DNA of 64,000 nt from Hypanus sabinus (taxonomy: Eukaryota): the NCBI RefSeq assembly GCF_030144855.1, contig NC_082731.1:21018001-21082000 (forward strand), read 5' to 3'. Position numbers and translations under genes: made by a program. Shown here piece by piece: positions 26,626 to 37,299 of this stretch. Each line of letters starts with the position of its first letter. Within the stretch, counting starts at the first letter, position 1. Below the pieces are notes generated by a model. The model saw only the letters and a program-made list of their open reading frames with translations, was not told the DNA's origin and ran no database searches.

Positions 26626-28561
26626 GATTTGAACATCCAACATTCAACTCTACTGTCTGCAATCTCAGGTTTTTAAATTGGTTTGTCGCCCGAAAGATCA
26701 TAGAGCAGAATCAGCTAGCAGATACGGAGATAAATCTACGAGTCTGAGAACATCATGCGCTGAAGAATATCAACCGTTTCTAATCACTGCCTCGTGGTGT
26801 CACGATGGGCTGTCCACTTTTGAACTGGTACGGAATAACTGCCTTGAATCCAAAATGAAAATTATGGGGAGCATATTATTCTTCAATTTATTCCGCTCTT
26901 TAACTCCACTACATGTTAAATGCAGTGATTATAATTGTGGCAAAAATGAATTCCCCCTTTCTCCTCCCGTGTCCTACTGCGTGGATTAATTGCATATTGA
27001 CACCCAAGATATTAACTCAACAACAATGTTTGGACGATGTACAACACACGGGAGTTATGACCACAACGGCTACAATGGCAAAACCTGCGCCGGACGGTGA
27101 CCTTATATAAGGGCAAGAATTACAAAATTTATCTTAGTAATGACTGAACTGGAGAATATTGAAATAAATATCTGCTTTTTAACTAAGCCAAACACTTTAC
27201 ACATGGGATGACACGTGTACTGCAGTGGAAGAAGTTTAAGCGAGTTAATATTAAGCGAGTGCATAAATATTGACGCGTATTTATGTCGGACAATGAAGAA
27301 AGGCTACGTCTTTAATCTTTATTTCCAGGATTGGACTGATAACCATGATATGATATAGTGATTATTTTCCCAGTTCCGCAAATATACAGTTTTCCAGCAC
27401 AAATTTTAATTCTGGATAAAACGTGTTGATTATTCATGTCGCATAATTCAGCCAAATAGAGTGTACGGGCATTAGGCAATCTGCTAGGTGAAAATGTATT
27501 GTTGAATTCATTGAAAGGTTAAGTACATTGTCTTCTGATCATCCTGCAAATTGTCAAATGAACGGTTTTAGGGCATGTGACATGACGAGTCATGAAATGA
27601 GAAAATGTACTCTGCCTTCAACTGAGATATTAATAACAATGTTCGTGCATATCCAATAAGGCGATTTCAGTGGAAAAAGCGCTGGGAGTTCATTCAAAAG
27701 TTTATTGCCATACCAAAATCTAAAACGTGAATAATAATTTGATTAGAGGCAATTACTTTGCGGATTGCAAGTACAGGTATCAAAGTCACTGAATAAAGAC
27801 ACATGGTGTCGACGCAGCTCAGAATTATGTGACCTAATTTCTGAGAGCAAGCGCCATTCATAATGTCAATTGTACAGTGCTTTGATATGGATGTGCTCAA
27901 TCCAAATATATATGCGACCTTTCTCATTTTTCTATGAGAAGGAACTGAAAACGTTCGGTAAACTGTGACTCAGAATATCCGCTTGTTGCGAGTTCAAAAA
28001 ACTCGATGAATCTAATTGTACAGCGTATATTTATGTCAGAAACAATATGAGGTTGGCTTTTAAATTGTTAAGCCGTTCAACGACATCCAGTACAACAATC
28101 CAGCAAAGTGCGTTTAAATCTTTGTCTTAAATCAAAAGCCACATAATAACTTCTGATTGATCTCACTGAACGCTGTCTTCTTCAGCATTTTAAAGTATAT
28201 TGTTGATCGGGACATGTGCGATTCTTCTGCTAAAGTTTGTCCCTTTCTTTGTGAAACGTAACTTTAAAATGGTTAATCTATCTGTACTGGTGATTGTGCA
28301 GCTTCAGATATCAATGGTGAATATTCAAAGAAATTAAGTAAGAGACCGGAATCACTTAAAATGAGGTAGTTTTAATCGGCGTTAGAGCCATAGATGAGCA
28401 AAAACAACCGTTGCAAATAGCACGTGGATATGTCGATGATGAGAGAACGTAACTGTGTAATCATATGAAAACATGGGACTAACCTTTAGGCGCAGTTAGC
28501 ATTTAATCTTAAACTAGACTTATTCGCCCTCTATCGAGCTCTAGAGGAAACCGTGAAAGCA

Positions 28562-28600
28562 GGTTTTTGTTCGAGATAATTGAGTTTTTTCAGCACCGTG
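28562..28600 (-). promoter_or_regulatory. 23-bp-spacer recombination signal sequence of the minus-strand V
   Basis: Read on the minus strand: heptamer CACGGTG (28600-28594), 23-nt spacer (28593-28571), consensus nonamer ACAAAAACC (28570-28562). Confidence 0.95.
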
Positions 28601-29075
28601 GGCTCATCGCGCAGAGGTACATGACTGAGTCGGAGATGATGGCGTTTTTAATCGATAGTTCGGTATATTTTTCACTTTTATTGTAGGAAGCATTGAATCG
28701 GTCGGCTGCATCTTCACTTCGGTATACTTTTCCTGCGTTAATCCTAAACAAATACTGTGGTCGCTGGCTGGGGCGCTGCCTGTACCAGAAAACAACCGGT
28801 AATACACTGCTCGTTTTCACAGTACAGTTTAGGGTAATAGTACTGTCTTCTTTGACCGTCATTGCATCCACTGACTGTTCCACTGAGTCTTCAAGGCTCC
28901 AATCTATCAGTTAAGTAAATAATAGATAATAAGCTCTACTTCAAACAGCACGGTTACTTAAATAGAGAAAAGAACGTTGTTACGGAAAATTAACATATTC
29001 TGGAATATTATAGTGAAGGAAATTCTTACCAAGAAGAAACACAACAAAGAGGACCGTGATGAGAAGCTTCTTCAT
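28601..29075 (-). CDS. T-cell receptor alpha/delta-type variable gene segment (TRAV/TRDV-like), apparently intact: leader exon 29075-29030, intron 29029-28904, V exon 28903-28601
   Basis: Leader MKKLLITVLFVVFLL followed by a G|GTAAG donor; ...gatAG acceptor. The spliced frame reads DWSLEDSVEQSVDAMTVKEDSTITLNCTVKTSSVLPVVFWYRQRPSQRPQYLFRINAGKVYRSEDAADRFNASYNKSEKYTELSIKNAIISDSVMYLCAMS, with Ig-V C23, W41 and C104 and no stops, and abuts an RSS. Alpha versus delta cannot be resolved from sequence alone. Confidence 0.93.
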
Positions 29076-29266
29076 AATCTCTCGGTCTGAGTCTGTCCCC
29101 CTGTGCCACAGAACAGAGGCATTTGCAGAGGAGAAATACACATACCTTGGCCAAACCGACCAATCACAACAGGCAACACATGCTGTTAAATATTCACTGA
29201 CAACAGAAGAAGGCGTTCAGACGCAGTGCAGGAAATGAAATATTGTCGAAGCGATCGCAGACGTGC
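29076..29266 (-). promoter_or_regulatory. Putative V-gene promoter (minus copy)
   Basis: Reverse-complement match to the conserved blocks at 46223-46412. Confidence 0.6.
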
Positions 29267-29473
29267 AGAACAAAGGAGTCAAATACTTTCTGAGCTGACA
29301 GTAACCCCGCAGCGCCACCTAAAGGCGAAGGATTACTTGACAGCCTGCAATACTCGTGGAACAGACTGTTAACAAATTCCGCTTGCTCATCGGGGAAGAG
29401 CATGCGAGCAGAATAAATTTTTGGGAATCGAAGCGCTGCTGCTGCAAATGATGCACTGTCAGTCGTTAGTCTT

Positions 29474-31890
29474 ATAACCATATAACATATAACATATAAC
29501 CATATAACAATCACAGCACGGAAACAGGCCATCTTGGCCCTCCCAGTCCGTGCCGAACCCTTAATCTCACCTAGTCCCACCTACCCGCACTCAGCCCATA
29601 ACCCTCCACTCCTTTCCTGTCCATATACCTATCCAATTTTACTTTAAATGACACAACTGAACTGGCCTCGACTACTTCTACAGGAAGCTCATTCCACACA
29701 GCTATCACTCTTTGAGTAAAGAATTACCCCCTTGTGTTTCCCTTAAACTTCTGCCCCCTAACTCTCAAATCATGTCCTCTAGTTTGAATCTCCCCTACTC
29801 TCAATGGAAACAGCCTGTTCACGTCAACTCTATCTATCCCTCTCAAAATTTTAAATACCTCGATCAAATCCCCCCTCAACCTTCTACGCTCCAATGAATA
29901 GAGACCTAACTTGTTCAACCTTTCTCTGTAACTTATTTGCTGAAACCCAGGTAACATCCTAGTAAATCGTCTCTGCATTCTCTCTAATTTATTATTATCT
30001 TTCCTATAATTCGGTGACCAGAACTGCACACAATATTCCAAATTTGACCTTACCAATGCCTTGTACAACTTTAGCATTACATCCCAACTTCTGTAGTCAA
30101 TGCTTTGATTTATAAAGGCCAGCGTTCCAAAAGCCCTCTTCACCACCCTATCTACATGAGACTCCACTTTCAGGGAACTATGCACAGTTATTCCTAGATC
30201 TCTCTGTTCCTCTGCATTCCTCAATGCCCTACCATTTACTCTGTATGTACTATTTGGATTATTCCTGCCAAAATGTAGAACCTCACACTTTTCAGCATTA
30301 AACTCCATCTGTCAACGTTCAGCCCATTCTTCTAACCGGCATAAATCTCCCTGCAAGCTTTGAAAATCCACTTCATTATCCACAACACCTCCTACCTTAG
30401 TATCATCGGCATACTTAGTAATCCAATTTACCACCCCATCATCTAGATCATTTATGTATATTACAAACAACATTGGGCCCGAAACAGATCCCTGAGGCAC
30501 ACCGCTAGTCACCGGCCTCCATCCCGATAAACAATTATCCGCCACTGCTCTCTGGCATCTCCCATCTAGCCACTGTTGAATCCATTTTATTACTCCAGCA
30601 TCAATGCATAACGACTGAACCTTCTTAACTAACCTTCCATGTGGAAATTTGTCAAAGGCTTTGCTGAAGTCCATATAGACTACATCCACTGCCTTACCCT
30701 CGTCAACATTCCTCGTAACTTCGTCAAAAAATTCAATAAGGTTTGTCAAACATGACCTTCCACGCACAAATCCATGCTGGCTACTTCTAATCAGATCCCG
30801 TCTATCCAGATAATTATAAACACTATCTCTAAGAATACTTTCCATTAATTTACCCACCACTGATGTCAAACTGATAGTTCTGTAATTGCTAGGCTTCCTT
30901 CTAGAACCCTTTTTAAACAATGGAACCACATGAGCAATACGCCAATCCTCCGGCACAATCCTCGTTTCTAATGACATATTAAAGATCTCCGTCAGAGCTC
31001 CTGCTATTTCTACACAAACGTCCCTCAAGGTCCTGGGGAATATCCTGTCAGGACCCGGAGATTTATCCACTTTTAAATTTCTTAAAAGCGCCGGTACCTC
31101 CACCTCTTTAATTGTCATAGGTTCCATAACTTCCTTACTTGTTTCCCACACCTTAGACAATTCAATATCCTTTTCCTTAGTGAATACCGAAGAGAAGAAA
31201 TCATTCAAAATCTCTCCCATCTCCTTCGGTTCCACGCATAGCTGACCACTCTGATTCTCTAAGGGGCCAATTTTATCCCTCACTATCCTCTTGCTTTTAA
31301 TATAACTGTAGAAACCTTTCGGATTTACTTTCACCTTATTTGCCAAACCAACCTCGTATCTTCTTTTAGCTTTTCTAATCTCTTTCTTAAGATTCCTTTT
31401 ACATTCTTTATATTCCTCGAGCAATTCCTTTTCTCCATGCTGCCTATATCTATTGTAGACATCCCTCTTTTTCTGAACCAAATTTCTAATATCCCTTGAA
31501 AACCATGGTGCTCTCAAACCTTTAACCTTTGCTTTCACCCGAACAGGAACATAAAGATTCTGTACCGTCATAATTTCACCCTTAAATGACCTCCATTTCT
31601 CTATTACATCCTTCCCATAAAACAAATTGACCCAATCCACTCTCTCTAAATCCCTTCGCATCCCCTCAAAGTTAGCCTTTCCCCAATCAAAAATCTCAAC
31701 TCTAGGTCCAGTCCTGTCCTTCTCCATAATTATATTGAAGCTAATGCTATTGTGATCACTGGACCCGAAGTGCACCCCAACACATACATCTGTCAGCTGA
31801 CCTATCGCATTCCCTAACAGGAGATCCAACACTGCCCCATCTCTAGTCGGTACTTCTATGTATTGTTGCAAAAAACTATCCTGCACACAT
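29474..31890 (-). mobile_element. Young 5'-truncated CR1 LINE (HER1-like) upstream of the minus-strand V
   Basis: About 720 codons of ORF2 (RT: DFSKAFDKFPH, GVPQGSVSGP, KYADDT) are open except one in-frame TGG>TGA at 30312-30314. It has a (TTATATG)n-type tail at 29474-29510 and tctt at both junctions. The paralogous site near 46010 is empty. Confidence 0.93.
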
Positions 31891-34800
31891 CTTCCCTGAT
31901 GTAGATTTCCGTCAGATTCCAGAGAAGTCAGAATTGATCTAAAAAGCAGAAATGAGCAAGCTGGCACGGCACAGGATTGTTTGATGTGTTCTCCTGCATC
32001 TTGTGAAAGTAGCGTTTCTCTGAATAACTTCCCAATTCATTATGCGGATAGAAGTTGCGGTTGTTTGTGTCTAGGCTCTTGAGACGTGAACTAGTCCCTG
32101 AGTTTCATGTTAAATCGCCTGGAACAAAGAAGATAATTTCCACCACATGGCCGAAGAGCTTTCGCAATTCGCTCACTAGGATTTTTTATTCTTTGATTTT
32201 CGCCGAAGTTTTAACGCCGGCTGGTTTTCCCAAAGTTCCATTTTTATATAATTGTCATGTGAACTGAAAATAAACAACTTATCTCCTATCTCCGTAACAG
32301 CTTACGAACTATACTCTCAACTTTGACGTTCTGATATTTTTTTTTCTCCCGTGAATCAGGACTGGAACCTCCAGTTGATCAACTTGTGCAATATCAACAT
32401 AATGGATAGAAGAGATCGAAGGATATACTTAGATATACAATTCGGAATATCAAACAATATATTCTTTTGAAGAACTATCAGGTTAATAAGATAATTTCCC
32501 GCCTGATTTATATGAATCGTCAAGCACCCATTTTTTCTTTCTTATGTGGAGGTTGAGAAACATACACATAAAACCAGAACGACATCTTGTTTCTTGTGAT
32601 GGTTCAGCAGGATATGCTGCTGTAACATCCCAGTGTACGCATTCCTCAAGGCTTGTTAAATAACTCACAAGGTGTAGAGATCAAATAGCAAATCCTGTGT
32701 TTTGTAAACAGCGGCATGCGAGGAATTGGCCTTAGGCGGTTGTCTGTGTCGTTCATCATCAGCAGGAATAAAAGTTTTTTTTTTAATTATCATAAAATGT
32801 GGTGTTATCAGAAGTGAACAATATCCCCAGTAACAGAGGCATAGTGGAGAAAAAAAGAAAATCAAACGTACTGAACCTAATCCTGGATTGTTTGACCATG
32901 ACGAAGCTTTCAAACAGATGATGTTCAAACTCTGACTTTCTCGAAAGCATGGTTTTAGAAAGTGCAGTCCACATCGCCTTGGGTTACCTTGTTTCACATA
33001 TCATCATATTCCGATTCAAAAACTTTTTCACCCGAAGTTGGAATCACTTTTTTTTAATTGAACGCTGATCTAATACTGTGCATAAGATGTGAAAAAAAAG
33101 AACACACGTGCAAGGAACTGGAGTCAAGCTGTTCTTGTAACAGGACCGCAGTTCATGGAACTGCTTACCTGCGGTTTAATATAAAGATAATATATAATAT
33201 AGGGTAATGTAACATATGATAACAATAGTATGACATATCTGAGAGAAATTGCATCTAGATTATAATAAAGTAACTTTCATTGTATATCTGATGTTATAGA
33301 TAACTTTGGTTGCACCTCACTCATTGCGAGGAAATATAATACTGTATGTCGCACTTTCTGTCATAGGAATAAAAATAGCTTATCCAGTAACTCAATCGAA
33401 TACCTCAGCACCTTGTGTTATGTCTACTTTCTTTCACGACTTCTGCAGCTGTCTATGTGTACTTCGTGAATGCTATCAAGTGTTCAGTAAATGTTATGGA
33501 GTTTGCCAGACGACCACAGTGAAAGCAGACGCAGGACCCAGTATCAGTGTTGTTGCTGTCATATGGAATGAGTTAGTACATCATTAAATAGGATTGCGTT
33601 GAAGGAGCATTCCTGGTCACGTTTAATACAACACGTTCGAAGTCAGTGGCGCTGTACACGCTGTACACTTTCATGTATATCTAAGACAAAGGGATCATAC
33701 CGCGTCCTCAATTTCACAAATGAAAGAGAACGCGAAACAAAGCTGCACAGGATCAAATAGCATCTGTGCAGTGCGAAGAAGTGTTCATGCTACTTATCAC
33801 GTACATAATAATCTGTTGCAAACTATTACAAAGCAGTGTAATTGGCAGAAAGGGTGACCAGAGAGCAACAGATATACCATGTCCCAAACATAGTTAAAGA
33901 GCCACACAGCGTAAACGGCAGATTAAATGATATCCTGAACTTAATCTTATATCTTCAGGCCTTGTGAGGATGTTTTCACAGTCAGATTGGTTATTTTTGC
34001 TCCTACCATGTCGCTAACGATTATGTTGGGGCGATTTTAAACACACGTTTCATAATTTCTCTTATGTAGGAAATAAATTCGGCCAGATGTTGAAAATGAA
34101 ATGAAAAAAATGAAGTTATAGAGTAAATACTTCTGGGCCTCGTGGCTGTTTCATTTGCAACTTTGACGAAGTGTTCTATCTCAAACCCGCACAAGAAGAA
34201 AAAACATGTTTAATATGAGGACACATTTCGAGAAAGTGTATTTTCCTTCATCTAATATTAGCTATAAAAACGAACACGCTGGAAAAATGTCTTCGTATCA
34301 GTAAATGGCAGCATACCTAATGAAATCTGCGTGAGCAGAACCCAATCGGGAAATGAATAATTTCCCTCAATTTACAACCAATTATTTAATTTACATCTAA
34401 AGGGTTCATACTTACCTTTCTTTCTCTACTGTTTTATTTCTACTCTTTATTATTTATTGCAAAATTTGTCGACCAGTCTGGGAATATCTTCAATTTAACT
34501 CTCAGTAAAATGTTAAAGTAACCAAGCGGCTTTTATCAACCATGTCGACCTTGTTTTGTTTTTCAGAAGTCCAAAAGGGAGAGTGTATGCACTATAAATT
34601 TTGGCCAACATTTTATGGTTTGTACTCAAAGTCTACCTTGTCGTTTGAATAAATAATTCGTAAATAAATACTTATCATATAATTAACAAACCACACTGAA
34701 AAAGTATAACAAATAGATAAATTAATAAACATATAAACTAATGTTGAGTAAATAAATTGAAAACTATTTTTACAAAATTAAATACAGAAATGACAGCACA

Positions 34801-36429
34801 AACAAACAGCTAGATGGATTGTTGTGTTTATAATGAAATAAGACTAAAGACCCAATCAAGCATATAAATCAATCCGTAACTGTGTTTAAAACAAATTTTG
34901 CAGATACGTCGTCTCATCGTGGAAATGCAAAAGTGACTCAACATGACCCAATGAATGTCTTAATTCGACAGTTAATCTCACTTCCAGTCAGGCGAGATTT
35001 ACGGATCATTCACTTGCCCTTCTAGAGCATAACTCTCTTTCCGAATAATATCATTTTTCTGGAATTTTGTGGTCCATTACTGAAATGTTAAAAATGACGT
35101 TTCAATAGGAAATGTCCTCATTGCATCCCTTTGTTCATATTATGAAATCGATGCTCAGCATTCAGGACGTACAGAAATATAGAGAATTTTAAATGAAAAA
35201 TGAAATTTGAGATGGAAAGCCTGTTGCAAACTCAGCCGTTTCATGCTGTAATAAGATTCTTAACGCGAGACTTGTTTTGTGAGTGTAACGTAAGAGTTAC
35301 GCAAATAAGGTGCAATCTATTTCTACTTCGGAACACTATTACCCTCCTGCAGCTTCAGTGTGTACTCTGTGCAGCAATAAATTCAGATATGGCCAAATAA
35401 TGAGATTCAAAAATGGACATGTTGTTAGAGCGATTTTTGTTTTCACATTTTAACGAGAGGGATTCAGCAACAGATGTGATTTTGAAGTATCTCCCGGCAT
35501 GCATATTAAACGGTTTCTTCGGTTCTGGAAAAATAAAACGAACATGAGCATTCAAAATAATTTATTTCCCTTCTCTAACCTTTGGATATTTCATTTAAAA
35601 ATCCAAATTCATGTCGATTTTGCACCAAACATATAATTTGCAGTGCAAGCCGGTTCTTATTTACATGCTTATATGCTTGCTTGTTTGATTATATATGCAT
35701 TTCAGATACAGTAAGTAATTTGCCTTTTCTGCACTTCGTTGCTCGCAGTCCGCCAATACACTGATTAAATCATAACCTGATTACACTACAGTTTACAAAA
35801 ACCAATCAGCTTAACAAATCCAGGCAGACTTTAGGCACCAGGGCAATCGTCAGCAACATTGCGGATGATGTGGTGATTTCACGATATACACAGACATTCC
35901 GTACCATCGATATCTGGGCGTTCACTGTAGTGAAAGGGCTAGAGGGAAGGTATTTCATTTATTCCAGATTCTCCAGGCGGATACATAACAATTAAAGACA
36001 GAATTTGCACAGTAGGTTCATGCTTGACTTACTGAGTCTGCTTGAGAAGAGAAATCGAAGACTACGCCTTATGTCCCGCTGCCTGTTCCCCGGCTGGAGA
36101 ACTGAACAATATTTCACGGGTCATCTAATTACGGTTTTATAGAGCATCAACTGGATCCTGCAACTACTAAAGCCCAGCAAAACATTAGCTTTCTTAACAA
36201 TCCTCTCAACTTGTGCCGTTAGCTTGATTGATATACAGACTTGGAACACAATGTCCCTCTGTTCCTCCGCACACTGAATAAATTTCTCATTTACTGTCAT
36301 TGTACCTGCACAGGACCAACTAACAGTTGGATAAGACGCTGACTTAGGTTGTCTGGAGCAAGTTAATCAATTGACTTACTGTATGTAATACCCCGACCCA
36401 TGGTCGGTTTGGTTTTCAAAGCCTTCTGA

Positions 36430-36790
36430 TCTTGAGATAGATTCCAAGGTGTTGGTACGGCATTTGGTCTACTATGTACAAATATTGACAGCTTTTCTAA
36501 GAAAAGATGTATGGACATTGGAGATACCCGACAGCACTGCATGGCGATGTGTCATTATTCGGTGGATTTCAAAAGAATGTGGGGCTTATGTCATTCAACT
36601 ACTTCAAATGTTCGAAGGCACAAATAGCGCGGATGTCAGGGGGCCGTTATCACCATTTGTATGTCAGGAACAGGATTGCGGTGTCTCAGAATAGAGGAAC
36701 GTCAAGTTAGAGCAGATTTGAGGAGGAACTTCTACAGCCAGGGTTTGTTGAAATTGAGGAGGTCACTCTCGTTCCAAAGAAGTTGAGTAT
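36430..36790 (+). mobile_element. Old CR1 3' fragment (paralog at ~63300-63560, minus strand)
   Basis: LVRHLVYYVQILTAFLRKDVWTLE resembles CR1 [21 protein letters not shown]. ggaacttctacagccaggg matches 63400-63420 (rc). Confidence 0.55.
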
Positions 36791-36829
36791 GTTAAAATGT
36801 AGAGTAATCTTATTCTTTTCTTCATGTTT

Positions 36830-37200
36830 TTTTTTTTATTTTTGACTCAACCTGCAGAATGCTGCTCATTCCTATTTTGCTTCTTCTGCTCCTATGTCTT
36901 ACAGACTTCTGGTTTGCTGCAAGTCCGTGCTTCCTTGTCATATGAAGAAGTAGGAATTTTCCGGCAGCCATGCTGAATACCGGAAAGCCAATCATCGGAG
37001 GCGGCTCATTCGAGCTATCCATCCGTCCTAAATAGTCTTCAACGAAGACGTTCAGCGACGTTTCGGTGGGGGACTCTGCATTCTTCTTCAGGGATGATGC
37101 CGTGCCACGGCTAGTGGTTGACTGCAATCTCCCCGCTCCCCCTTGATTGGATAGTCCTCATCCATTCAGGCATCCGGTGCCCCCGCGTTGTTTGCAGTTG
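36830..37200 (-). mobile_element. Old repeat terminus, possibly Penelope-like (paralog at ~62900-63190)
   Basis: A cctgaagaag...ccgaaacgtcg motif is typical of PLE termini. Family assignment is weak. Confidence 0.35.
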
Positions 37201-37299
37201 GCTTAATTTTAATTATTGGAAGAACTTCGTATTTGTTAAAATTCTGTTTCTCTTGTTTTATTTCAAACCATTCTTTCACCAGGCCATCCTTTCCCCGCA

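Larger units (their letters stand above)
26270..35850 (+). repeat. Segmental duplication copy B (contains the minus-strand V)
   Basis: Colinear in reverse with 48700-41900 once the CR1 at 29474-31890 is removed. Confidence 0.88.

Noticed and set aside
31891-31967. N-terminal part (MPACSFLLF...) of the 551-aa ORF
   Set aside because: It lies in host flank beyond the 5' truncation point of the CR1, so it is a chance open frame and not a real start.
33515-33521. Perfect heptamer CACAGTG (paralog CACTGTG at 44443-44449)
   Set aside because: No nonamer at 12 or 23 bp, no adjacent V/D/J coding, and it is not conserved in copy A.
35795-35803. Perfect nonamer ACAAAAACC close to the B/C inversion junction
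   Set aside because: No CAC heptamer 12 or 23 bp upstream, and it is not conserved in A or C. I cannot support RAG involvement in the inversion.
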